Origin: Eledone cirrhosa
Lineage: Eukaryota
Assembly (NCBI GenBank): GCA_964016885.1
Contig: OZ024743.1
Coordinates: 170,128,001-170,192,000 of the forward strand
DNA: 64,000 nt
Direction: 5' to 3'
Part shown: piece after piece, positions 51,903-64,000 of the stretch
Layout of the letters: each line of letters begins with the position of its first letter
Numbering within the stretch: position 1 is the first letter of the stretch
Translations under genes and position numbers: made by a program
Notes under the pieces: model-generated
Databases searched by the model: none
The model's input: the letters and a program-made list of their open reading frames with translations, nothing else
Told to the model about the DNA's origin: nothing

Positions 51903-52199
51903 ATATAAAGATTTACATATACATAAAGTCACAGATATATATGTGGCAACCGTTCACGATGTGGCTCAATGAAGAATTAATAAATTAAATAATCAGAGCA
52001 ATATATCATAAATCATGTCCTTAGAATTATTAGATAAAATATATACAATTTCCTCTCCCAATTAGCATAATTAACCATATATAAAATCAATTAGACCAGG
52101 CTCCTATGAAGAAACATTTGATAAATAACCGAAAGCAGCCTCTTTGCGGTTGACCACAATAGAATATTTACCCAATAAAGTATTTAATTGGCTTTCAAC

Positions 52200-52560
52200 G
52201 AATCCTTACACCTCTTTTTTGGTTTATGTGGAGGTCGTTTTCCTTTAACTAAAAGAGTTGTTTTGGTATCCTAGAATCCTCCATCCTGGCAAGGTGACCA
52301 CTCCATGGGTGTCTTTGCTTAAGCACAAGAGCTTCTATACTTTCACACAGAGAGCTTTCCAAAATCTTGACATCACTGATGTGGTCCCTCGAGTGAATGC
52401 CATGGATCCGTCTGAGACACATCTAATGGAAATGCTCCAGCTGGTGTCGATATGTGACCCAGGTCTTCAAGGCATAAAGAAGAGTAGAAAGCATACATGC
52501 CTTGTACACCTTTACCTTAGCCCTCTTGCATATGTCTCACCGACCCCAGAGCCGCCTTTC
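52200..52560 (-). pseudogene. Degenerate RTE family E fragment
   Basis: Reverse-complement similarity to 26680-27055. Confidence 0.82.
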
Positions 52561-52610
52561 TATGAGTGTCACTAAGTGAGAAGGAAACTTTTTTTTTTAT
52601 TCACATGTAT

Positions 52611-52651
52611 CAATCAACATGTTTCTGGGTCATTACCCTTCATCAGGACTG
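52611..52651 (-). ncRNA. Minimal type I hammerhead ribozyme (family P8)
   Basis: Reverse complement reads CAGTC CTGATGA AGGGT AATG ACCCA GAAAC AT GTT GATTG. Confidence 0.82.
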
Positions 52652-52949
52652 TATACCTCTGCCAGTCTGTTGAACGGTTGAAAATATATAGTACTTTCTT
52701 AAGTACACATTGGCTGAGTAGCCTCATTTACATACCAAGTGAGTTATGGCTAACATTGCCAAATATCAAGATATTTATATATATATATATATATTAGGTT
52801 ATGCAAGAAATGCTTAGGGTTATCCTAAATGCAGTAATGGTTAATTACTACACTAGATAGAGTTGACGTACAGTGAGGGGTTACTCAACGAGTTATGGAA
52901 GAATAGTCGGAAAAATTTCGTTTCTGATCCTTCTGTATTCCGGAGTGTA

Positions 52950-54064
52950 GATAAAGAATGAATAATAACAGGTAGACATCATAAAAAGGGAATTTATTCC
53001 GAGAGCTTACAAATGTTTCAACACTACTACCTCCTTTAAATCTCACTGGTATCATCATCGATTTTCGATTAAACATCCTAAACACCGTCTTGTGACTACG
53101 CTCGCCAATAAGACCTGGCAACTCCGAGAATGCAACCGGCAGTTTACTTTGAAATGGGATAAACTATCCAGCGCTAGTGCATATCGGAGTGGATTGAAGT
53201 ACTGCAGATTATGCAACCTTGAACTCTTTTATATCTTAAAATCCCAAAACAAATTAGTAAATAACAGAATCGAACGATCGTTATACTGCAACCACAAACT
53301 GAAGGCTAAATTCTCTCACTATAAAATAACTTAACATTTGAACCCAAGACTACAACATCGCTTTCTCGCTAACTAATTACTACTTCCTAACTATATCCCT
53401 CACCCCTACACTACAAGCCAATACCCTGCTTATCATTATAAATGGGTACTTGAGTGCAATTTGCAGACTACAACTATGAACTTGATGTATCCCCCATCTC
53501 GTAGCCTTCGTCAGTCTCCTCTCTATCTCTCTTTCTTTCTCTCTCTCCCTTCCCCCTTCTCTCTCTCTCTCACCCTCGGTCTACCACACTCCTTCTCCAC
53601 ATCTATGAACCTGCTCTCTGTGGCAATAAATAATCCCAAGCTTGACCACATCAACATGATGCCTAAGGGCTGTCACCTTGAGAATAAACTGTACAATAAA
53701 ACCCCAACCACAACATTTTGATTAAGCGATCTGTATTCTTCAAACCACTCTCTCCCACTTCTCCAACCCTACACCTCTCTCTCTCTCACTCTCTCTCTCT
53801 CTCCCCTCTCCCCTTCTTTCTTTCTTCCTTTCTACTCTATCTTCTCCAATAACTTCTTTTAAGAAATACAAAGGTATTTACATTTTAACCATTCTGCTCT
53901 GAGGAAATGGTAGTCGCAGCATTTGAAAATTGAGTTTCTGCAATCAAATATTTATTAATTATGAATTGCACATACCATGACTAGGCTGTATAACTACTGT
54001 TGAAACATTTGTAAGCACTCGGAATAAATTACCTTTTTATGATGTCTGCCTGTTATTATTCATT

Positions 54065-54070
<6 letters not shown>
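52950..54070 (+). mobile_element. PLE (Naiad-type) 3' fragment: GIY-YIG C-terminus and pLTR, with an inverted partial pLTR at the 5' end
   Basis: ORF 53092-53334 (TTLANKTWQL..LKWDK..YCRLCNLE..NNRIE..CNH). 52950-53023 is the reverse complement of ~53998-54070. Confidence 0.82.
53895..54017 (+). ncRNA. Type I hammerhead ribozyme with a ~95-nt stem II domain (family P9)
   Basis: TGCT CTGAGGA AATGGTAGT..ACTACTGTT GAAAC ATTT GTA AGCA. Confidence 0.72.
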
Positions 54071-54112
<42 letters not shown>

Positions 54113-54145
54113 GTGGTTTCTTTCACAACAGTTAGTTCACAATAC

Positions 54146-54183
54146 CGAGAACAATTGTTTCACCTTAGCGGATCATCAGCTCA
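54146..54183 (-). ncRNA. Minimal type I hammerhead ribozyme in the inverted pLTR (P10)
   Basis: Reverse complement reads TGAG CTGATGA TCCGCTAAGGT GAAAC AATT GTT CTCG. Confidence 0.82.
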
Positions 54184-54835
54184 TGATGGACATGATTATA
54201 CAGAACAGGAAGGACAACCGTACGAACGCGCATGCGCAGAAACGATCACTTCACACAGGCAATACTAAATTGCGTGCGAGAGGTGTAAGGGAGATAACTG
54301 CGAAAGTCCGAAAGTTTCTAGTTGATAAAAAAATTAGGATGTTGTTGTAATTCAATCTGGAGCTTTGTAGTTATGTAAGAGGTGTTTGTAAGACGTGTGG
54401 ACAACGTGTGAAGAATTCATTTCTCGTGTTTAAGCAATCACTATTGCGTAATCTCTTTAGAATATTTATTCGTTCATCAATACATAGTCCACACGATGGA
54501 TTGCCCCTTGCATATGGCTTGGACATAGTGATGGCTTTCCATTGAATGGAGTAGTCTATATTTGAGTCCTTGAGGGACCATACGTGGCTTGTGAGTTTCG
54601 TGGATGAACGTCTGTCCGTGTATCTAAAGGTCGACTGGTGTTTCTGGAAGCGTTCCTTAAATCGGCCCTCCGCCATACCCACATAGGATTTGACCAACGG
54701 TCAGCAGATTCTTTTCACTACATAGAAGTTTGACTTTTAGCAGATTCTTCACCATATGCGAGCTTGGCTGCCTACCCTGTGAGCGCTCTCTGTATCCTCG
54801 TGTCCTAAACAATTTTCTGTCTCATCAGCATCAGT

Positions 54836-56835
54836 ATGGATTTATACGAACTGGATTACTCCCTGAAGATCATTCCCACTCCCTCCAACCATGTTTACCA
54901 AAAGCTTCTCATAAAAAAGCGGAAGATGTCGTCAGACACTTAAGATGGCGAGCCCTAGCTTTTGACGGCAAAATTACAGGCACCCATAACACCTTCAACC
55001 TGAAATCGAGAGCCTACCCTCCTAAGGTAACTGAACTTGCTCCTTTCGAGGTGGACCTTCTTGACTTAGTCGCTAACATTTCCTTTCGCAAACACCTTAA
55101 CACCTTTCAAACTAAACTTAGAAATGACATTAAGAAATTTAAGTTTTCTAATAACACTTTCGTTCTTTCCAACAAAACTAATAATATTTACAAAGTTGAC
55201 AACACCACTTTCTGCCACCTGGCCCATAACGCTATTACTTCCAAATATAAGAAAGCTAACCCTATGGCCTACCACGACATTAATACAGAAGCCAAAGAAC
55301 TTGCCGCCGCCCTTAAGGTAGATAAGAAGCTACAATCTCTAGCTAAGCGGGAGGCGTTCCTCACCCTGAAAGATCACAAGGTAGAGTTTACTTCTAACCC
55401 CACATGTAGACTAATAAACCCGGCACGCACAGATATGGGACTAGTCAGTAAGGCCATACTTAGAAACATAGTTAAGACCATTAGGACCAAGTCCAACCTG
55501 TCCCAGTGGAAGAACAAAGACTCCGTAATTAAGTGGTTTAAATCCTTCAAATCCAAAAAAGCGAAGTTCACACAGTTTAACATTGTTGATTTTTACCCGT
55601 CGATCTCAGAGACCCTGTTAAACAAAGCATTGGACTTTGCTACCACTTACACTACCGTCGATGGTTTAGACAGGGAAATCATCTCTGACTGCCGGAAAAC
55701 CCTCCTTTTCAACAACGGAGTAGCCTGGGCAAAGAAGTCAACAACTTCAGACCTATTCGACATCTCCATGGGATCGTTTGACAGTGCTGATGTATGCGAC
55801 TTGGTTGGCCTATTTATTTTAGACATATTACATGTTAGATTCCCAGACTTCCACACAGGAATATACCACGACGATGGACTGACCTTAATTGAGCCATAAA
55901 AGTGGTCACGACCTCGACCAGTTTAAAAAAGACTCAGCTTCTACCTTCAATGAGTTAGGACTTAGGATAACAGTAGTTACCAACCTCTCTAGCATAGACC
56001 CTTCCATAAGCTAAACGAAAAACTCAATTACATTCACAAGGACTCATACCACCCTCCCACTGTTTTTAGAAACTTCGTAAATAATATCAGTACTAGAATC
56101 TCAAACCTCTCCTCTAATAAGGCTATCTTTGACAGGGCGGCACCCTACTATAATACAGCGTTAGCTAACAGCAGCTTCTCGCAACCTATCATTTACTCTC
56201 CTACTAACAACAACAGCAATAAGAAAAGAAAGCGTAACAATAGACAAACTATCTGGTTCTCTCCTCCCTTCTCACTCAACGTTAAAACCAATGTAGGCAA
56301 ATTTCTAGCCCTCTTAGATAGACACTTTCCCATAGGTCATAAATACCTCTCCATCTTTAACCGACACAAAGTAAAACTAGGATACTCCTGCGCTAAGAAC
56401 ATGAAGGCCCACATCACCAACAGCCCTAAGAGCAACACCCACCAGGGTGCTCTTGCCGTAAGCCCGAAGCTTGTCCTGTTCAACAGCAATGCAACACACA
56501 CTGTAGTTTATGAAGCTGTGGTCACTTCCAACCGACCAAATCAACCACGGGAGGTCAAATCCTATGTGGGTATGGCGGAGGGCCAATTTAAGGAACCCTT
56601 CCTGAACCACCAGTCGACCTTTAGGTACCCGAACAGACGTTCATCCACGAAACTCGCGAGCCACGTATGGTCCCTCAAGGACTCAAGTATAGACTACTCC
56701 ATTCAATGGAAAACCATCACTAAGTCCCTGCCATACGCAAGGGGAAATCCGTCGTGTGGACTATGTATTGATGAACGAATAGATATTCACCTCTCCCTTA
56801 CACCTCTCACACGCAATTTAGTATTGCCTGTGTGA
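54836..56835 (+). pseudogene. PLE RT-GIY-YIG polyprotein, frameshifted and partly deleted
   Basis: MDLYELDYSLKIIP, HLRWRA, TLKDHK, CRLINPA, FNIVDFYPSI, MGSFDSADVCDLVG, GIYHDDGL, IWFSPPFS, VVY..YVGMAEG.FK and CGLC. Confidence 0.9.
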
Positions 56836-56903
56836 AGTGATCATTTCTGCGCATGCGCATTCATACGGTGGTCCTTCCTGGTCTGTATAACCATGTCCAT
56901 TAC

Positions 56904-56939
56904 GAGCTGAGGATCCGCTAAGGTGAAACAATTGTCCTC
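56904..56939 (+). ncRNA. Minimal type I hammerhead ribozyme in the PLE 3' pLTR (P10)
   Basis: GAG CTGAGGA TCCGCTAAGGT GAAAC AATT GTC CTC, with a GUC triplet. Confidence 0.82.
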
Positions 56940-57057
56940 AGTATGGTAACTAACTGTTGTGTAACCAGTTCTACCAAACTCGTCCCATGTACTGAGTGCT
57001 CTTCCACTAATGATATTACCTGCCAGTGTTCTACCACTATATATATATATATTGAGA

Positions 57058-57490
57058 TATGGCTTAGTGGTTAGAGCATTGGCCTTGCAATCGAAAGGTT
57101 GTGAGTTCAATTCTCAGACCGGGTGATGTGTTGTGTACTTGAGCAAGACACTTTATTTCACATTGCTCCAGTTTACTCAGCTGTAGAAATGAGATGATAG
57201 GGACTGGGGTCCATATCATTCCACTGTAGAGTGGTCGTGGAGGTGCCACAGCAAAAAAGCACCCAGCCCACACTGTAAAGTGGACGTGTAGGCGCCACGG
57301 AAAAAAAGCACCCAGCACTCACTGTAAAGTGGACGTGGAGGCGCCATGGAAAAAAAATCACCCAGCACTCACTGTAAATGAGATTGGTGTTAGGAAGGGC
57401 ATCCAGCTGTAGAAATCAAGCCAGAATCAGTTCCCATCCCACCCTTGCAAGCAGGGAAAAGCGGACGTAAAATGAAATGATGATGATGAT
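57058..57490 (+). mobile_element. SINE family S2 with an expanded internal ~51-bp module array
   Basis: Matches 28869-29207. The CACTGTAAAGTGG..AAAAAAGCACCCAGC module is repeated 3-4 times. Confidence 0.86.
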
Positions 57491-57495
57491 ATATA

Positions 57496-59420
57496 TCTAT
57501 ATACTATATAAAAAGCAAGTTTGTTTGTTGACCAGGATTTACTCAAAATCCTGACTACATTGGTAATATTTAAAGTATTGACTAAAACTAATCTCTCCAG
57601 ATCTATATCACTGTGTCTTTTCCGTCATATTTAATCAATTTTAATTGATTTTCAGATTGGGTGTAAGGGTGTTCATGTGTTTTTAACTAATCTGATCTCC
57701 AACATGCTCACTGTTGACTTATTTTCGAGAAATGGAATGGAGGGTGTGAGTTGGGAAAAAATGTACAGCTCTTTCTAGCATCCAGGTACTGTCAGTTCGT
57801 CTATCATGCTATCTATATATATGCAGAGAGTGAAATACTACTTCAGCTCTCACTCACTTCACCCCCTCTCTCTAACTAACTGAAGCGTAATATGTGTATT
57901 TCTCTGTGTGTGTGTATGTGTGTGTACTTGGCATGGCAATAAAGTCTTTAGAATAGTAGGCTGTGTGCCGTATATAGCAGTAAATGTAGTTAATATTAGT
58001 TGGAATTTGAACTTTGTTGTACGCGTGTGATGTTCTGTATGAATGCTGTATTTTGTCACAGGCCTATGATAATTATTTTGCTGTCATTCTTGAGAGTTTA
58101 TAATACACGCATTGAACTGCTCAATCCACAAAAGATTTTTTCCAGAGAAGAGTGGCAATGATCAAACAATTACCCTATAGTCCCGACTTGTGTGCGATCG
58201 TTGGGTGTTTAAGTTATTAAAGCAACATCTTTGAACATTTGTTTTTGGTTCATTAGAAGAGGTGGTAGATCAATAGTTGCGCTGGTTTCAACAATTGCCA
58301 AAGGAACGGTTCCAGAAAGAGTTAAATGTTTTGCAGAAGCACTGTAAAGATGTTATTGCATTCAATAGAGATTATGTTTTGCAGAATAAATAAATTTTAG
58401 TTTCAATATGTTGTGCATTTTCATTTAAAGACTTTATTGCCATGCCAAGTATTTTTCAGTGTGTGTGTGTTTCTGGATGTCTGTGTATGTGTGTTTCTGT
58501 ATATCCAACAACGCAACAGACTGTAAAAAAAAACTTTCACTATGACAGGTGAATGTTGTTGTTGTTGTTAAGCTGACTCACTTGCCAATAACTCTTTTTT
58601 ACGAAAACGGAGGCAGGGAGGGGGACCTTTGGAGTTACAGATAAGCACCTCTCAACCTTTTAAATTAATAGAAAAGCACCCACTGAGTATTGCAAAGAAG
58701 AGATTTTTTTCCGTTTTCAACTAATGTGACCTCTAGCATGCTCACAATTGCCTTTCTCTCTGAAAACAGAATTTGGGGTGAAGAGGGAAATTATAAACTA
58801 TGTGTGCAAATACATCAACAATGGTTCCAATGTTGCCATGTTTGCACTACAAAAATGGAATATGTTCGACGAGGTGATCAACTTCCAACATGGGTGATAT
58901 ATCAGCTGTAGAGAGGTGGACACTGGCTGACCCACCAATTATCTCAGCCTAGGAGATTCCTTCTGTGGGAATGTTTTCTTTGTTAGGTTTTTTTCATTTG
59001 TTTTTGATTGATCTACATCTGACTTCCTCGCCAACGACTTTTTCTGAAAACGGAAGCAGGGAGTGAATGGGGCCCTTGGAGTTACAGAGAAACGCCTCTC
59101 GGCCATTTACATTCATAGAAAAACAATCCCTTAATACTGAAGGATGTTTTGATCCTTCATCATTCTCTACTGTTGTGGGAAGCGTTGTAAACTTAATCAA
59201 GTATTCCCCAATTTTGAAATCCACCATTCCAACAAGGAGTGGCTGTGTGAAAGAGCAATCCTTGCCCCCAAAACATCACAATTTCTAAACACTCTGGAAC
59301 CATCCGGTATGCTGCCACACAGTGCACTGCAACTTTTCTTTTAAAATATTTCTGTGCAATTAAAAATTGTCAATTGTGAAGAAGGATCATAACTACCCAG
59401 ATTCCCCCACTTGGCCTACT
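57496..59420 (+). mobile_element. Decayed Helitron remnant
   Basis: 5' TCTATATACTATATAAAA start. NYVCKYINNGSNVAMFAL (~58795-58850) resembles the Rep motif. WLCERAILAPK and FLNTLEPSGMLPH (~59240-59320) resemble Pif1 helicase motifs. Boundaries are uncertain. Confidence 0.65.
57927..58449 (+). mobile_element. Internally deleted Tc1/mariner element
   Basis: 24-bp perfect TIRs (CTTGGCATGGCAATAAAGTCTTTA), TA target duplications and PYSPDL codons at 58173-58190. Confidence 0.9.
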
Positions 59421-60409
59421 TTAGAAAATACATGTTGATGTGTAAATACATGTTTTTAGATGTGTGTGGGCACTGCTGAATGGATACTTGGCTGGCTCGT
59501 AGCTGATAAATCACCTTGCTGTCAACAGGTACAATTCTTTGGTATGATTCTTTGATATGCGATCCATGCCAATTCCATACTCTGTGCTTCTGAAGGTCAC
59601 GAAAATATACCTGAGGTAGTAAACACACACACACACACCCACTAACCCTTACATACCTTCTCGATAAATATAATTCGGCCCTTTCCATCATTATTTTATC
59701 TAGATAGGTCAGAATAGATACATTTGACTGCACATTTAGACGCACACATACGTATGAAAAATCACTAACCAGATATTTATACACACAACTACACTCCCTC
59801 AACAAAACCAGAAACTTTTGAAAGATTCTTTATAATTGAATAGATAATGTATGCCCTTTTTTGGACTGATTGATATCCCCTGATGTAACATTTTTTTCCA
59901 CCGCCAACGCATCTGCGATTTAGTCTAGAACTAGGTCTTGAAATGGCAAGAGCTCAGCCGTCAGGGTCCCAACTCTTTCATATAAATATATATATACACA
60001 CACACATGGTTTGCCAATACAATAACACTGAATTAGCAAGCCATCCCTGAACCATATCTATCCTCTATTCTCTGCTTGTGTTTGCTGTAATCCTGTTATC
60101 TTATGTAACTAATTTTTCAATCAAAACATGATGAAATCACCTAAGGCATGAAATAAACTGGGCCATTGAAATACATATTGTGTTTTTCGCCAATTGAAAA
60201 CTTGAAAAGAATATTTCCAGTCTGTCCTTCTGTTGTTTTTAAATGAATATTTAACAATGTTCCTGCCTTAGCCAAAGGATACCGCCTGTATGATGGATGA
60301 TTTGCATAATGTTGAATGCTTTAATTTACTAACTAGAATGAGGAGTTCTACCTTTTGGTTAACAACATAACACATATATATTTGAATAATTTTGAAAACC
60401 AAACAATGC

Positions 60410-60660
60410 ATTAGAAAGAACTTCTTTCCATTCAATTATTTATCCTAGGTTTTAATTCTTGGTTAAGAGGGTTTCCTTAATTCTCAGCATGGCTATACTG
60501 CGTTCAGTAGCTAAGATTGTGGTGGTAATGTTGTCCCGGTTTCCACATAATCGAATGGAAAGAAGTGCACCAGAATGGCTAATTTAAAAGCCTGTATTCC
60601 AACATCCCAGCGGCCAGTTTCATTCTTTCTTTCAAATTAAATCTATGTCCTCACTAGGCA
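60410..60660 (-). pseudogene. Possible decayed PLE GIY-YIG C-terminal fragment
   Basis: Reverse-complement translation gives LKERMK.. and TTILATERSIAMLRIKETLL..ELKPRIN across frameshifts. Confidence 0.4.
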
Positions 60661-61059
60661 AACACACTTAGACTCACACACATACTTATATCACACATCC
60701 CGTTTTATTATATTCATATTTGCACACACCTTTCACTACATAAACTTACATTCATGCACACACATACAAACATCCCACTAAGCACACTTACATTCATACA
60801 CATACATGCATATCTCATACATTTCACAATGCGCACATTCAAAATTTTAACGACTTTTCATTTCATTTAACTTAAATTTGCTCTCCAAACAAGCAAGTCA
60901 ATCTGATCGATTTTAACAATAAATGCCACCTTATTTGTTGGAAACAGACTGTCAAAGATGTGAGCTAATTCATTTTTATTCGCTGTGCTCTGTAAAATGA
61001 TGTTTCATCTGATGTCAAATGCAGAATTGGAAAATCAGCAGCAGTGGCATCTAGCCTCT

Positions 61060-61600
61060 TCTGAAGCAGGTAGAGAAGTTCAAGTATCTTGGGGGTGTGT
61101 TCACAAGTGATGGAAGGCATGAGGCTGAATTAAGTGCAAGAATTGCAAAAGCTGGTGCAGTAATGCACCAGCTTTAGCATTCAGTAATCAGAAGAAGGAA
61201 GGTAGGCGTAAAAGCCAAACTTGCTATCTTCAATTCAGCTTCCGCGTCAACCCTTACAGATGGTCAGGAATCATATGTAATGACCAAAAGAATATAATCG
61301 TGAATACAAGTGGCCGAAATGTGATTCCTCCGTAGGATCTTTGCAGTAACATTACTTGATAAAGTGTGTAGCGCGGAGATCAGAGAGTCACTCCAGGTAG
61401 AGCCACTACTTCTCTGAATTGAGAGATCACAGCTCCAATACTATGGGCATGTGGTTAGAATGTCTCAGGAAAGAATTGCTGGACAGATTTTATGGGCAAA
61501 ACTAACTGACGAAAGACCAAGGGGTAAACCCTGAGCAAGATGGTTGGATAACATCCATAAGCTGGCTGGTCATGTTTGGGGATCCAGCCGGATCAATTGG
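61060..61600 (+). pseudogene. Degenerate RTE (Expander/Rex3-like, family F) C-terminal fragment
   Basis: KQVEKFKYLGGVFTSDG, QVAEM*FLRRI, IERSQLQYYGHVVRM and RPRGKP, with several stops. Confidence 0.82.
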
Positions 61601-62244
61601 AGACAGTTGCTTCTGATAGGACCCACCAGGAATAAGTGGGTAAAGAAGAGGAAGAAGAAGCAGTATTCCAGCGAATGTATAAATAATGGTCCATAAACTC
61701 ACATCCAAATCTACTTGTACCAGATCATAATACTCTCAACATGCAAGCAAAACATCTAAAAACTGGAAAAAACCCACTCAACCCATGCAGGCATGGAAAA
61801 ACAAATGTAAAATGATGATGATATTTATATATAATGCTTTGCAGATGTTTAAGTGGATGGAATAACAACTCATTCAGTGGAGTCTATGGTAGGAGGAGGG
61901 GTGAATGTTCATATTCTTAAATTGCATCCATGTTAAGTGCATTTAACTCTTAACATCCAAGTCAACTTCATTTTAACCAAATTACTATGTTGCTTGGTAT
62001 AAATGATACCCGATGGGAGTGGTGGTAGCACAGTAGGTTTGACGAGTGATTTGCTAATTTGGGTGTGTGCTTGTGTCTTCATATTTAAGGTCCATTTTTC
62101 CCAGTCATAGCATCAGCTATCTAATGAATCATTGTGCAGTCAGTGGTTAAATATCTTGCATGGGTAAACTAAAATTATCATGTTCTGAAGATAGACTGCT
62201 CAGGTAACTGCGACTTGCTTATACGTCCCATTTTGGCATGGCTT

Positions 62245-64000
62245 CATCATCATTTTACGTCTGCTTTTCTCTGCTTGCGAGGGTAGGACAGATCCTATTC
62301 AGCACATCATCTCTCCATTTGTGACGGTTCTTCGTCATCTCCTCCATGAGCTTCAGCAATCTGGAGTCAGTTCTCACCACTTCCGCCCATGTTTTTCGTG
62401 GTCTTCCTCTACTGCGACTTCCTTCTACTGGGATTTCTTGGAACTTCTTTACCCAGCGGTCATCCTCCATGTGCATTACATGTCCATACCAACGCAGTCT
62501 TCTCTCCCGCACACCACAACTTATCCCTCTTATAAACAGTTTCTCTCTCAACTTGTCTATGCTTCGTTGTTCATGCACATTGAACTTGCACATCCAATGG
62601 AACATGCTTCCTTCATTTCTCTCCAGCCATCGCATATCCTCTGCAGTTACTGCCCATGTCTCACTACCATGCAGCATTGCACATCTCACACAGGCATCAT
62701 ATAACCAGCCTTTCGTTCATAGGGAGAAACCCTTCTTTGTCAACAGAGGATGCAGCTTCCTAAACTTCTTCCAACTCGTCCTTATTCTAGATACTATGGC
62801 CGCGGAACACCCTCCTCCCTTGCTAATCTGATCACCTCTATAGATCCTACCTGCATTTGAAAAATGTGTCTATCACTGCGACTTCTACTGCCAACTTTCC
62901 CTGTACATCTACTGCATATGTAGTTTTCTCTACCTGTTAGTTTGCCTGCTATCCCACTATATCTCTTGTGCACCCAAGATATGAATTGTCTACATTTTAT
63001 AGAATTTATGCCAACTCCTTTTCTACATATCGAACATGGCCATTTCCCTGATGGGATCAGAGTTTTGTCCTCTTTCCTACTTATAAACACTTTAGTCTTA
63101 GCTAGATTCACTCTCAGTCCTCTTAATTCCAACTGCTGTTTCCATAGCCAGAATTCATTCTCTAGTTCCTCTACTGATTCTGCTATAAGTACCAGATCGT
63201 CAGCATAGAGAAGTTCCCATGGGCATCCAGTCTTAAACTCCTCTGTTATGGCTTGGAGGACTATATTGAACAAAAGCGGCTGAGGACCAAACCCTGATGT
63301 ACTCCTACTTGTATCTGGAATTCCTCACTAAACTCCATTCCTATTCTCGTTTTACTAACAGCACCCCTGTACATAGCTTGCATTGTCCTCTACACCTAGT
63401 TTCATTAGGGACCACCAGATGACAGATCGGGGTACCCTATCAAAGGCCTTCTCTAGGTCAACAAAAGCTAAGTATAGTGGCTTAGTCTTCTCTAAGAACC
63501 TGTCTTGTAGTTGTTTCACTAAGAAGAGGGCATCTGTTGTACTTCTCCCAGGCACAAATCCAAACTGCATCTCATCTAGTTTGACCCTTTCTCTAATTAG
63601 TTGTGCTAGTATTCTTTCTGCCACTTTCAGTTTTATGCCCCTATAATTTCTCCTCTCCAGAGCATCCCCTTTACCTTTGTAGCAATTTATAAGAATACTG
63701 CTGCACCAGTCTTTGAGTATGACTCCGCCATATATAGCTTGATTGATGATGCATGCAACCAGTTTAGTGCCTACATCCTCTGATGCCTTCAGCATCTCAG
63801 CAGCTATTCCCGATGGTCCAGCAGCCTTACCATTTTTCATTTCCTTAATCGCCTCTTTGACCCTATAGTCGTCAATCTCAATAGCTGGTCCCTCTGTCGG
63901 ATCTACTGGAGGTAGTTTCTCTCTTTCTCATTCGTTCTCCACATTCATCACTCTCTCATAATGACTTTTCCAGGCCTCCTTTTTCTGATCATTAGTGACA
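62245..64000 (-). pseudogene. Degenerate RTE family B (RT, PHD-like finger and 3' end); continues past window end
   Basis: ORFs 63355-63840, 62794-63273 and 62255-62689, with (ATG)n tail. Confidence 0.92.

Larger units (their letters stand above)
54110..56975 (+). mobile_element. Near-full-length Penelope-like element (Naiad-type) with an inverted 5' copy of GIY-YIG plus pLTR
   Basis: RT and GIY-YIG on the plus strand (54836-56790). 54120-54695 is an inverted copy of the 3' end (56552-56965). Both ends carry a hammerhead. Confidence 0.92.

Noticed and set aside
42460-56835. Selenocysteine-encoding Naiad PLEs
   Set aside because: The conserved Cys positions I could read (CPLRGYC, CxLC, CxH) are ordinary Cys codons. 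I saw no in-frame TGA at those sites.
59900-59935. Helitron 3' end (small hairpin plus CTAG)
   Set aside because: The CTAG lies within sequence homologous to the half-hammerhead family at 3590-3650, so it cannot be assigned to the Helitron.

Overview
Eukaryotic, extremely (TA)n-rich, repeat-saturated DNA. The SINE and RTE families suggest an octopod cephalopod, but this is inference. No host gene is confidently identifiable. The window is a nested patchwork of: (i) about 20 copies or fragments of RTE-clade LINEs from at least 6 families, including one with an uninterrupted EN-RT ORF (29737-32850) that carries a C4HC3 PHD-like finger; (ii) Penelope-like elements (PLEs) with Naiad-type RT/GIY-YIG; (iii) tRNA-derived SINEs; (iv) a mariner MITE inside a decayed Helitron. 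The main feature missed by the ORF track is RNA structure. I can fold by eye about 22 type I hammerhead ribozymes with an intact CUGANGA/GAAA/NUH core, plus a core variant and several decayed copies, from roughly 10 unrelated repeat families. They sit in fold-back (inverted) and tandem non-coding units resembling PLE pseudo-LTRs or retrozymes. Two sense-oriented hammerheads of one family bracket the intact RTE ORF. A perfect 2.35-kb palindrome (48864-51215) may be an assembly artefact. All coordinates were read by hand and may be off by a few bases.
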